Shown here one piece after another: positions 51,123 through 63,329 of a stretch of 64,000 nt of DNA; positions within the stretch are counted from its first letter, which is position 1, and the number at the start of each line of letters is the position of its first letter. A program made the position numbers and the translations under genes. Under the pieces are notes generated by a model. That model did no database searches and had not been told where the DNA came from. It was given only the letters and a program-made list of their open reading frames with translations. Source of the DNA: Chiloscyllium plagiosum (taxonomy: Eukaryota); the NCBI RefSeq assembly GCF_004010195.1, contig NC_057719.1:40467323-40531322 (forward strand). Direction: 5' to 3'.

Positions 51123-51998
51123 GTAAGTTGAAATTTGGGCCAAGTATGAGTTGATATTAATGGAATCAGTCAATGCTGAAAATACGTTGTATGGTCATTA
51201 GTTGTGAAAACAAGTAATTCAAAAGACTGCATCGGCCTTGTTCAAAAGGAGTTAATCTGATGTAAAAGATCTCCATGTAATAAATACTTTGTAGATCAAG
51301 TTCTTTTACTGGTTTAGACATTGTAGTTGGATGTTTAGCATTCATTGAGTAAACATACTTATAATTTGTCGTATTTACATTTCTAAAACGTTTTGAAATG
51401 ACATGAAAGATATAAAACAGACATCAATGTCTCTCAATATCCCCAATCTTTTACGATACTCTTGTTGGAACTCCAGTGCATGATAGAATTCCACATGAGG
51501 CCAAGACCCATGTGCTCGGTATGCAGTTTACCTTCAAGGTTCTGTGGACCTCTTTAATTGATAGAAATTGTGTCTATTATTCCCTTACATAATATAAGGG
51601 GATGGGAAGGGATGGATTTTTAGTGCCAAATCCTCAGTTATTTTTCAGTTGACTGATATTAATGGTATGCAAGGCCTTAGTTAGTTTGGGGTGTTGGATA
51701 TAAGAGTAGGGGGGTCTTACTACAATGTACAATGTGTTAGTGAGACCACATCTGGACAACTGTGAGCAGTTTGGTCCCCTTATTTAAGGAAAGATATTTA
51801 ATTGGAAGCAGTTCAGACAAGGTTCACTGGGATGATTTCCCCCCCCATGGAAGGATTGTCTTATGAGCAAAGATTAAACAGGTTGGACCTCTGTTCACTG
51901 GTGAGAAAGTGAGGTCTGCAGATGCTGGAGATCAGAGCTGAAAATGTGTTGCTGGAAAAGCGCAGCAGGTCAGGCAGCATCCAGGGAACAGGAGAATC

Positions 51999-52026
51999 GA
52001 CGTTTCGGGCCTAAGCCCTTCTTCAG
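51999..52026 (-). ncRNA. Minimal hammerhead motif (CUGAAGA-A-GGGC UUAG GCCC-GAAA-CGUC)
   Basis: Intact core and stem II. Confidence 0.65.
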
Positions 52027-52268
52027 CAATGAGGAAAGTTTGTCCAGCAGGCTAAGATAAAAGGTAGGGAGGAGGGACTTGGGGGAGGGACGGTGGAAAG
52101 AGGTCAAGGTGAGGGTGATAGGTCACACTGGGGTGGGGGCGGAGACGTCAGCAAGAAGATTGCAGGTTAGGAAGGCGGTGCTGAGTTTGATGGATTTGAC
52201 TGAGACAAGGTGGGGGGAGGGGAAATAAGGAAACTGGTGAAATCCGAGTTCATCCCTTGTGGTTGGAG

Positions 52269-52601
52269 NNNNNNNNNNNNNNNNNNNNNNNNNNNNNNNN
52301 NNNNNNNNNNNNNNNNNNNNNNNNNNNNNNNNNNNNNNNNNNNNNNNNNNNNNNNNNNNNNNNNNNNNNNNNNNNNNNNNNNNNNNNNNNNNNNNNNNNN
52401 NNNNNNNNNNNNNNNNNNNNNNNNNNNNNNNNNNNNNNNNNNNNNNNNNNNNNNNNNNNNNNNNNNNNNNNNNNNNNNNNNNNNNNNNNNNNNNNNNNNN
52501 NNNNNNNNNNNNNNNNNNNNNNNNNNNNNNNNNNNNNNNNNNNNNNNNNNNNNNNNNNNNNNNNNNNNNNNNNNNNNNNNNNNNNNNNNNNNNNNNNNNN
52601 N
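52269..52601. other. Assembly gap (N run)
   Basis: Run of n. Confidence 1.
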
Positions 52602-52759
52602 AATCTGAGTTCATCCCTTGTGGTTGGAGGGTTCCCACCCCAGTCTGACCTATCACCCTCACCTTGACCTCTTTCCACCTATCACATTTCCGACACCCCT
52701 CCCCCAAGTCCCTCCTCCCTACCTTTTATCTTAGCCTGCTGGACAAACTTTCCTCATTC

Positions 52760-52787
52760 CTGAAGAAGGGCTTATGCCCGAAACGTC
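52760..52787 (+). ncRNA. Minimal hammerhead motif (CUGAAGA-A-GGGC UUAU GCCC-GAAA-CGUC), sense to ASPG intron 3
   Basis: Intact core and stem II, palindromic ACGU stem III. Confidence 0.7.
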
Positions 52788-52958
52788 GATTCTCCTGTTC
52801 CCTGGATGCTGCCTGACCTGCTGCGCTTTTCCAGCAACACATTTTTAGCTCTGTTCACTGGCGTTTAGAAGAGTGAAAGATCAGCAATTCTGGTCTCCTT
52901 CCTATTGGAAGGATGTTGTGAAACTTGAAAGGGTTCAGAAAAGATTTACAAGGATGTT

Positions 52959-53205
52959 AGCTAAAAGCAAATTACTGCGGATGCTGGAATCTGAAACCAA
53001 AAGAGAAAATGCTGGAAAATCTCAGCAGGTCTGGCAGCATCTGTAAGGAGAGAAAAGAGCTCACATTTCGATTCTAACTGACCCTTTGTCAAAGCTGTTT
53101 GTCAAAGCTTTGACAAAGGGTTATTTAGACTCAGAATGTTAGCTCTTTTCTCTCCTTACAGATGCTGCCAGACCTGCTGAGATTTTCCAGCATTTTCTCT
53201 TTTGG
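52959..53205. mobile_element. Fold-back mini-element with UUGACAA-type hammerhead-like motifs
   Basis: About 100-bp inverted arms. Perfect 14-bp TSD tttacaaggatgtt at 52945-52958 and 53206-53219 inside CR1. Confidence 0.85.
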
Positions 53206-54250
53206 TTTACAAGGATGTTGCCAGGTTTGGAGGATTTGAGCTATAGGGAGAGGCTGAATAGGCTGGGGTTGTTTTCCCTTGAGCGTTGGAGGCTGAGGGG
53301 TGACCTTATAGAGGTTTACAAAATCATGAGGGGCATAGATAGGGTAAATAGACAAAGTTTTCCCTGGAGTGGGGGAATCCAGAACTAGAGGGCATAGGTT
53401 TAGGTTAAGAGGGAAAAGATATAAAAGAGACCTAAGGGACAACTTTTTCACGCAGAGGGTGGTACATGTATGGAATGAGCTGCCAGAGGAAGTGGTGGAG
53501 GCTAGTTCAATTGTAACATTTAAAAGGCATCTGGATAGGTATATGTTTAGGAAGGGTTTGGAGGGATATGGGCCAGGTGCTGGCAGATGGGACTAGATTA
53601 ATTTGGGATATCTAGTTGGCATGGACCGACTGGTCTGTTTCCATGCTGTACATCTGTGACTCTATCTTGCAACATATAGAATTCTAAATGACATTGACAG
53701 AGTAAATGCTGAAAGAATGTTTCCCTTCATGGCAGACTCTAGGACCAGACGGCGTAGTCTCAGAATAAAGGGGCACCAGTTTCAGATTGAGATAAGGTGG
53801 AATTTATTTTCTGAGGGCTGAACTCCCTGCTATCGAGAGCTGTGGGTACAGAGTCCTTGTGTATATTTAAGTCATGGTAGATTCTTGATCAGTAGGGGAA
53901 TCTAGGGTTACAGGAAAAGGGCAGGAAAGTGGGCATAAGGAGTGTTGTATCAGCCATGATCTTATTGAATGGTTGAACAGTTTTGAGAGGCTGAATAGCC
54001 TATTCCTATTTCCTATAGTCTTATGGACGGTCAACTGAATTATCATGTTATGTTTGTGCTGATTTTGCCAGCTGCATTTTATCAGCTCAATAAGCAATAC
54101 ACAGCATGAGAGATAAAAGATTTATTCATAGTGAACTCAAATTTGCCATTAGTTGTATTCCTAGCAAACCAACCTTGGTTGGTCAGATTCCTTGGAAATC
54201 ATCCTGACAAATCTACTGTTCTCTAATCTTCATATTCTTCTTTCTCTCAG

Positions 54251-54376
54251 AATAATTACCAACAGTACAATGGCTTTGTGATCCTTCATGGCACAGATAC
54301 AATGGCCTACACTGCTTCAGCCCTTTCTTTCATGTGTGAGAACCAAGGAAAGCCCATCGTCTTGACTGGCTCTCAG
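54251..54376 (+). CDS. ASPG: ASPG exon 4 ([42 protein letters not shown])
   Basis: HGTDTM second catalytic Thr motif, 126 nt, AG/GT flanked. Confidence 0.97.
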
Positions 54377-54544
54377 GTAAGCTGCAATGTCTTAGAGACT
54401 TTACCATGTAGTTATAGGACAGTGATTCATATTTCACATAAACACACATGGAACATTGTAAAACCATGGAATTTGTACATTGTGATAACCCTTATAAATC
54501 ATTAGTAAGACAAATGGTATTGATGTTCATTCTTGTTTTTATGT

Positions 54545-55010
54545 ACAGATTTCCCCTGCTATCTGAAAGTAGAGCGTTCCTATGAAACCTTTCATAAGCC
54601 GAAATGGTGTAAAGCAAAGAAGCAATTACCATTAATTTATATGGGAAAAGCTTTTGAGCGTTCTTAGACCCAAAAAGACCTACCAAATCACAAATAACAC
54701 ATAAAACCTAAAATAACACTAACATATAGTAAAACCAGGAATGATATGATAAATACACAGCCGATAATGTATGTACAGTATAGTTTCACTTGCACGCACA
54801 ATGTCTTTATTTCGTTTACCTCGATCGCTGCTGAAAGCGAGGCTGCCTCTATAATTCCTCACTGCAACACAAACGCTGAACACTATTTTCGCTTTTCACC
54901 TTTCTTCACAAAAGTGAAATTCCTCTTCGGATTTCTTTCGGTTAGCAAAGAAGGTGGACATTTTGGAGGACGCCTTGATGAAGTTTGCATTGCAATGGAG
55001 TAGGAGGAAC
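54545..55010. mobile_element. pogo/Tigger-like DNA transposon end fragment
   Basis: TA-CAG..cccctgctatctgaaagtagagcgttcctatgaaacc terminal sequence. No second TIR found. Confidence 0.45.
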
Positions 55011-55039
55011 TGGGAGGATTAAATAGAGTCTTTACAGAA

Positions 55040-55460
55040 AGCACGGTGTGAGGCTGGATACTCGAGGTAACTATGGGAGTCAGTGCATTTGTAGTGGATA
55101 TTGATCAGGACCAGCCGATGTCAAGGAAGGGAAGGGAAGAATCCGAGATGGACCAGGTGAAGGTGAGGAGGAGTGGAAATTGGAAGCCAAATTAACAAAA
55201 TCTTTCAATTCTGGATGAGAGGGGGAAGCAGCACCGATTATGTCATTAATGTACTGGAAAAAGAGTGTGTGTGTGGGCTGGAGTAGATTGGAACAAGGAA
55301 TGTTTCATGTACTTTACAAAGAGACAGGCATAACTGGGGCCCATGTGGATACCATGGTCACACCCTTGACCTGAAAAAAAGGAGAGGAGTTATAGGAGAA
55401 ATTATTAACAGTGAGAATGAGCTCGGACAAGTAGCGAAGGGTAGGGGGTGGATGAGCAGT
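55040..55460 (-). mobile_element. PLE RT fragment
   Basis: LSELILTVNNFSYNSSPFFQVKGVTM motif on minus strand. Confidence 0.7.
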
Positions 55461-55519
55461 TGGTTTTATGTTTATTGACATGTCCCTTAACCTAAATTGC
55501 CAGATTACTTTCACTAGCT

Positions 55520-56250
55520 CTCCTTTTATGCCCTTATTTCAATTTTAAAAAGCAGTCTTGGACCTACATTTCTCACTCACAAAATTCAATCATATTATGG
55601 TTGCTGCTACCCCAAGGTGCTTTCACTGAAGTTTGAATTTAGTCCTACCTCGGTCAAAACCAGGTCTGGTATAGCCTGCTCTCTAGTTGGCGCCATAACA
55701 TGCTGGTCTAAGAAGTTTCCCCGAAAACATTCAATGTATTCCTGATTCAGGCTACTTTTTCCCACCCGATTTTTCCAGTACACACGAAGATTAAAATCCC
55801 CCATATAATTGCTGTATTGTTTCGACAAGCTGCCATTATTTCTTCCTTGATGCCCTATTCAGCATGGGGACATGTGCACGACTCCCACAAGGGACCTGTT
55901 GTCTTTATCCACACTGCTTAAATATCCTCGCTTCATAAATTTAAGTCCTCTCTCTCACTTGACATTAGCAAGAACAATAGATTGCATCTTTAATTAACAG
56001 AGCTACTTCTCCACTCTTTCCTAGTTTCCTATCCTTCCCAAATGTCACATACCTTTCAATATTCAAGTCCCAATCTCAATTATCTTGCAGTCACATCTCA
56101 GTAATGGCCACCAGATCATGTTTGTTTATATCAGTTTCTTAAACTGGTTCATCTGTTTTGATTTGGATGCAACATGCATTCAAATAAAGTGCCTTAAGTT
56201 TTGTCCTTTTTAACATTTTTGAGACCTCTCACTTTACCTGCTAACTTGCT
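55520..56250 (-). mobile_element. CR1 endonuclease-region fragment
   Basis: MGDFN...FLDQHVMAPTREQAIPDLVLT (APE motif). Confidence 0.75.
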
Positions 56251-58314
56251 CTTAGATTGCTCTGTATTTCCAGCATTTTCTGTTTTTTGCTTAGATGTTT
56301 CCTCTATTCTTAACTACCCTCCCTGTGATTTCCTTGATTAGATCTTTTCCTATGAAGAGACAGCATGCAGAGTTTAACCATCTCTAAAGATATTTTGAGT
56401 AATTTCATTGATTGAAATTTTATTTACTGGCAATGCTATTATGTTTATTTTACTGTATCTATAATAGCTTTTGATTGGATAGTTATGAGCATGTTTTGAT
56501 TTGTACACATTATCCACCTCAGCAGTTGTAATCTCCGTGTATATAAATCCAATCTCTCTTGCCTTTCTCACGGTGAGCCACATGATCTCCTCTTCTATAA
56601 AAATGGGGTATTTTACCTAGTAGCACCAAGCCTATTATCAAGTACTTAGTGTGACATGAACAGAAGTTCTTTTTTCATTGCTTAGTAATTTTGTTTTTTT
56701 CCCCTACTTTGTAACTTACATACTCCAACTGTTATTTAACTACAAAAGCTCTAGTTAAGAATCCTTGATCACTCCTACATGCATATACCTCTTTTGATCT
56801 TCTATTAATGAATATACTTACTACTTTCATTTTTTAATGACTGAAAATGTGCAAGATGATGTCCCAGGCTAGACATAGACATTGCAACATTGACAACAGT
56901 GTGCTTTGTTAGCAAGAGGATGGTCTTGATATTTGGCAGCAATGGAATGGATGCCTGTGTTTGGAAGCATGTTGGTGCCTAGGTTTAATCATACATACTT
57001 GGCTGAGTTGGAATGTGTGGTTTGAAATTCTATTGCCATTTGTATTCAATTTCTGCCAATTCCTGCATTTCAGCATCACAAGTATGTAATTTATATTTGA
57101 GTAATGTGCTTTTTAAACATTTTACATATTTCTAGTTTCTAGTTTGTTAGATAATAAAAGCTAACAAATGTTTAATTGGCAGAATCTGTCACATGCAGTA
57201 TGGCGCATTTGTGAAACTTGTTTGTCGACAGTATTTTTAGAATTCCTGTTCAAATACAGGCAGTTGAATGTCTGTTACTGGTTCCATAACAGCTGCATAA
57301 ACTTGTCCTCTTCCACCAATGTTAATTCATTCTTCTCAGAACAGACTGAACCACTGTGAAATTCTCCGCTTCTGACATTAAACGGTATTATAGCATAATT
57401 ATCACCAAAATACTGAAATTCGTATAGTTTCATGTTATGATGAATTAAAAATGCCACAAAAAGGATACTACATATAGTAAATGACTTTTGTCTAAATTTC
57501 AATAACTCATACTCACTTTTCTCGAGTAGTGAAAACAATAAAAAAAATTTAAAATACTTAGTTTCCGCCTTCTGAACTGACAGGATTCCACATATGTCTC
57601 ATTTGTCAGATTCATATTCCATCTAATGCAGCTATAGCAGGAATTAGCTATGGTTCTTCATCTGAGCAATTTCTTTGCTAAGTATCATGTCCAAAGAATT
57701 AAAAATCAGTTGTATGATTTTCAGTGTTGAAACACATCAGAGTAAAGCTAGGCTTTGGAAATTATATCAAATGTATTCACACAATTACAGGATTTAAAGT
57801 AGTTGGTAGAAGGATTAGAGTGCAATTGAGGCAAAAATCTTTTCATCCAGAGGGTGGTGTGAATCTGGAATTCTCAGCTTGAAAGGGTGGATGAGACAGC
57901 AATGCAAACTCTTCATAGAGGGGCCATTTGAAGAGGTACAGGAGCAGAGAGGCTGTACTGACATGATGTAGAGCCATGGGGTAACAGCTCTAGTTTCACG
58001 TCTGGCTGTGCTTTTGTGAATTACAACACAGCAGAGGTGATTATTGTCCCAGAAAGATTTGGAACAACTGGGGCCTCGTCATGACTTACTGTCACTTAAA
58101 CACAAGTTTTGTGTGGTTTGCTGCAACCACAAAAGACCAAGAAGAAAGAAACTCAGTGGATTTGGGAAGGAAATGGTGAGCTGTTAGGATAGAACACAGA
58201 GAATTCCAGCAACCAGTCACTAAACTCTAAACAATGAATTTAGTATTGTCCTGTTCGCATCATATACTTTCTGGCCTGCCAAGCCAGATTTCACACCTGC
58301 ATCCATTCTTCCAG

Positions 58315-58398
58315 GTTCCCATCTATGAGATGAGAAATGATGGTCATGATAATTTGCTTGGAGCACTGCTGATTGCTGGCCTGTATGTAATACCAGAG
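58315..58398 (+). CDS. ASPG: ASPG exon 5 ([28 protein letters not shown])
   Basis: 84 nt, AG/GT flanked. Resembles human [20 protein letters not shown]. Confidence 0.96.
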
Positions 58399-58486
58399 GT
58401 AAGCATGTCCTCTTCAGTAAGTTCAGCTTTGGTAATTCAGTCAATATACTACCTTTTACTTGTTACTTTTTTATTTAATTATTTAG

Positions 58487-58613
58487 GTTAGTCTCTATTT
58501 TCAACACAAATTATACAGAGGAAATCGTGTGACAAAAATAGATGCTGGAAGTTTTACTGCATTTTCTTCACCTAACCTCCGTCCACTTGTCAATGCTGAA
58601 GTGGAAATTAAAG
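58487..58613 (+). CDS. ASPG: ASPG exon 6 ([42 protein letters not shown]); gene continues beyond the window
   Basis: RGNRxTK and FxSPN type I asparaginase motifs, AG/GT flanked. Confidence 0.96.
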
Positions 58614-61600
58614 GTAAATCACAGTTAGAATTTGAATGTCTAAGATTTGATTATTTCCTAATTGGGCAGTATCTTTTCTCCACATATTGAGGAGAAAGAA
58701 TTAGTAAAAGGAAAAAATAAATAAATGGTGCGTTTATAAGTGATTTGACAACCTTAATAAATCCTTTTTAGATGTTTGCTACAAGAATAATAAGTGGGAC
58801 AAGAATTTATATTTTTTGGTTAGGACTGTGCCTTTAGGCTGAATTTGTGGTCCCATCCCATGCTGTTGGGAGTAGTCACTGGACAGTGATTTTCTTTAAT
58901 AAAGTTAAGACAATGTGCACATTGCCCATTTAAAGATGGGTGTATAGGCTCTCAAGGATGGTAAATAAGAGACCTCCTGCCTGGGCGAAACAATAGTATT
59001 GTACTTAAGGAAAAGAGTAAGCATCCTGTCAATAATGTTAGCAAGTTTGAATTGTGAAAAAAATGGCCACAGTTGTTGGGTGACCACTTTGGCCAAGTAG
59101 GTGCTGAGTACCTTAAAGGCATTCTGGACTGTTACATGTGCACACATTTTCAAAATTCAATAAAACTTTCTGTAACTGTAATATTGGAAGGACATATATT
59201 GTGATTTTACTCAATTGAGTCACAATTTCATTTTAGTCCTGCTTTTCTTGAGTTACAACAGGTACAGTTGGAGTGCAGGAACAAAGGAGAAAGTGGGATA
59301 AGAAGGAATAGTGAAAAAGATTAAAAGGTCGGGGAGCAAATGATGTTAGATGAGTTAGGAATGAAAAATAAGGAGTCCCCCAAGTGTGAGTGGAATCTGA
59401 GATGATGGGTGGCTTACAAATTTGGAGAAAAGTACAAATGCCACACAGGTTTTAAAATAAAATCAAAAGTAAAATAACTTCCAAATGGGCAGTTCACTTT
59501 CCAGATGATAGTATTGTGAACAGCAGCACCATCTAATTACAGTGTTTTTTAATATTTTAAAATCCCAAAGTGCTTCACTGGCCTGTTATGTAGATCATTT
59601 GACACAGATATATAAGAAGATATTAGGACAGATGAGACTTGCTGTTGTGATAGAACATGTGAAATTGGTGGTTCACTGGATGTCAGACTTAGAGGCGTTT
59701 AGAAAGTTGGGGAGGGTGATAACCTGGAGGAATTTGATAACAATGAAAATTTTAAAATCAAACTATTTCTATGTCAGAAGGCAGTGTCGGCAATCAAAAA
59801 CAGGGCAGCAGTTTTGGATGCACTCAAGTTTACAGAAAATAGAATATGGAAGGTCAGAATATATTAATAATATGTTAATTATTTGTTGGAATATATTAAG
59901 TCCCTGCTTAATGTTGAGTCAATGGGAGCAGACCCAGGCACTCAGCACACAGAGCCTCTGCCTGCAGTAATTTTACAGCATCACTGAGAATCTCCTGTTT
60001 ATGAAGCAGATGGTTTAATCTACTTAACCACTGTGCCATGCATGTTCTTAATTTAGGCGCCACGTCTCTTGTGTACTTTGCTGTGCTGGCTTCACTACTG
60101 CCTTGCTCTGAACTCCATCCAGTGGTGAAAATTAGTCAATACAAATTAGTCTAGCTGCTCCCAGAATTAGCTTTTGTCACTAGATGGAGCTGGTCTATAA
60201 AACCATACAACACAATAAAGTTGAGCCTAATACTTTTTTACAGAACAATTATTTCTTTTTTTACTTTGTGATGCATTTTATTTTGCCAGTTAATTCGTCT
60301 GCATGTACAGTGTTGCACCTATGTAGTTCAGTATTTCAACCTTTACATTAGATATTTCTTGCTCAGAAAATACAAGGAACATGATTGTTGCTTTAAAATT
60401 GATTCTTATGGGAAACTATAGTTTACTTAAAGTTGTAATTTTCAAGAATGCAACCACAACTTTGAGGGCGTACTGTCGCTGGGTCTGGAATCAACAGAGA
60501 TATCATTGAGGGTTTCAGAAAAAGATGTGCTGAGAGGAAACAGAGAAAATATTAAGGAGATGACAATAGACAGTTTCTGTAAGAGTGGGCATACAGTTTG
60601 ATATTTCATTGAGGTCAATTGATTTTATTCTTTCATGGGATATCAGGGTTATTGGCAAATTCAGCATTTGGTATTTAACCCTAATTGTGGCTGAGAAGGT
60701 GGTGGTGAGTTGTGTTATTGAACAGATGCAGATCATACAGTGTAGCTACATCCCAGTGCTGAAGTGAGCTTTCCAGATTTAGACCCAGCAACAGTGAAGA
60801 AGTGGTGATATAGTCGTCAGTAGCAGTGGTGAAGGCAGTTTGCAGGTGGTGGTATTCCCGTGCATCTCTGACTCTTGCCCTTCTTGGTATTAGACTTAGC
60901 AGGTCTCAGAGGCACTGTTGAAGGATGCTTGGTGAGTTGTTACATCTTATATATGGTAAGTATTGTGCACCGCTGGTGGAGGGGATGAGTGTTAAGGTCA
61001 TAGATGTGCCATTCAAATGAGCTGCTTTATCCTGGATGGTGTTGAGTATCCTGATTAGTTTTGGAGCAGCATTCACTCACCTTAGAAACTCTAGGCCTCT
61101 GACTTACTGTTAAACCCACAGAATTTAAATGATTGAGTTACAATTCTGATTAGTCAATCTCAGGATGTTGAAGGTGAGGGAATTCTGGGATATTAATGCT
61201 CTTGAATGTCAAAGAACGATGGCTAGATTCTTTATCTTTGGAGATGATCATTGCCTTACAATACCATGATACATATGTACTTAGCAGCCCAAGCCTGAAT
61301 ATTGTCTGTGAGCATAGACTGCTTCATTACCTGTGGGCTTGAACGATACTATTTCTGACCTCACAGTGAAGAAAAGGCTGGATGGATGAAGGTTATTCAC
61401 TGACCAATAAAGAAATGCAGTCATAAGTATTCCAAGCACATTCTGCTTTTGACCAATCAGCACACAAGGATTGAAATCACATGTCCTATGATATTACTTT
61501 AATTTATTTACCAAAAATAAATTAGCTACATCAGATTCCCAGTTAGCCTCAGTTACACATGACTACTGCAATAAACAATATGTGTTACACTGTATATAAC

Positions 61601-63329
61601 TTTGCAGTAGATACCTGTGTATTTGAATTTGAGGTTTTACTAATGCCAAACTTGCTATGTCCATTTTGCTTCCATGGGCTGTGACACAGGCAGACATTTC
61701 TACTGTTTGCACTCCTCCATTGATCCTTTCTCATTCTTCTAGTTACCTGAACTTCATACCATTTTCATTTTTGGGTCATCTTACAGCATACATTCAGGGG
61801 CACTTATCTGGCTGTGGAAAATGGGAATACATTTATATGGTACATCAGATATTTTTCATATCATTTACTTGTTTGTCTGTAAGGTATAAGGTGTACACTG
61901 AATTTGGTAAAGACATATGGTGTATTGTTTTCTTGTAATAAGCAACGGGTACATTTAGAGAGCCCAAGCATATTCTAATACTCTTGTTATTATTAATGTG
62001 GATGGTATAATGGGAAAATTACTTGTTAGCCTTTTAAATACCGATCAGAGTCCAATACACTGCTGATTGATTTATACATCTTGCTGTGAGAAAGCATTCA
62101 GTCTGAGCACAGCATTTTTAAAAAAATTTGTAAAACTGGTTCAACAGCCCCAAACAATTATTTTAAGGCTTTTATACTTTGGAAGTTGGCATTGTAGCAT
62201 TCATTTGGTGGGAGAGAGGTGAAGGCTGGGGAGAATATTTAGAAGCTGTAAAGTTGGACCAGGATGACCTCCACAGCAAAGACGAACAGAAAACATCAAG
62301 GCCACACTGGGAATTAAAAGCAAACATGGAACATAATTATACTCCTTAGAAAGAAGAGATATCGTGCTTACACATTTGTTGTTAGTAGGTCTGACCACAG
62401 AAAGAATGAGGTGGTAGTAGGAATTTTTGGATTTCTTAAATAGAAACAAAAATGCATAGAAAATAGACATGAGTGACTTGACATAAAATTAACGTTTTAT
62501 ATGTGATCCTTCATTAGAATACAATATTCTGATGGAAGGAAATCTTTTCTGTTAGAGTCATGGTCTCTGATGAGCTTTTGCTTCTTCTGTCCTAAATTCT
62601 TCATCTCTGAACTTATTTTTTAAAAGTCTGTTCGTTGACTCTGATAACATTGATCGTTTTGATTTTTATGGCTGCTAATGTACTCGCTTTCATATTTGAT
62701 CAATAATAATTGAAGTAGACAGTAAACCTGTAATAATTTGGAAGGAGAAAGTGGATCACCTTATCTCAGCAAAGTTAGAGAAACCAGGGAATTAGTGCAC
62801 TGTGAAGAAACAATAAGCTGCAGACATTTCAGTGGCATTTACACATGTGCAGAGTTTTTCTTGCTGTTTCAAATATAGTTTTCTTACCTAAAATCAATTT
62901 TCTGAAGAATGGGGATAGGAGACAATAGAAAGATTTGGAGTCATAACCTTTCACTGCTGCTGAAAGAAAGACATTTTTTGGATTCCCACTGTTCAAACAA
63001 ATCTGCAACAGTGCTCTTTCAGTACAAAAAGTATTAGATTTTAGTGACATTCAACAGTTTCAGCAAAGTTATTCAAATGTGTAATTAATAACAGGGACAA
63101 TAAGAGATTCTGAATAGTTAGAGTCCAGTGCAAACAATCCTGTTGTGAATAGTGACAGGCAAGGGTCTTTTGTTCAATGAAATAATCAACACATTTGTAG
63201 CAAAATTGACTTAAACTCAAGAGAGATGTCAGATTCTGAGGCTGTACTCACGAAAAGAGAGAGCTTCTTGAGATTAAGTTTATGAATTATGTCAGGTGAA
63301 AAAGCTTAATTCTATACAGGTAATAAATA

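Larger units (their letters stand above)
51902..52848. mobile_element. Young fold-back PLE-derived element with a hammerhead in each arm
   Basis: About 200-bp near-perfect inverted arms. 13-bp TSD ctctgttcactgg at 51889-51901 and 52849-52861. TLQPQGMN PLE C-terminal remnant. Confidence 0.85.
51660..54025 (+). mobile_element. Nested CR1 fragments (older CR1 containing a younger CR1 about 52885-53665 and two fold-back mini-elements)
   Basis: VRPHL..C.QF, YEQRL and GESRTRGHRF...FFTQRVVHVWNELP motifs, with two CR1 tails. Confidence 0.85.

Noticed and set aside
52123..52707. Several 129-194 aa ORFs
   Set aside because: Artefacts of the second N gap.
59542..59970. 142-aa ORF in an ASPG intron
   Set aside because: No splice-consistent link to ASPG and no recognisable domain; it overlaps decayed repeat-like sequence.
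60290..60351. Possible ASPG exon 7 after ttttgccag
   Set aside because: It reaches a stop within about 20 codons and does not resemble the expected VGLLRLYPGI region. Exon 7 is probably beyond the window.
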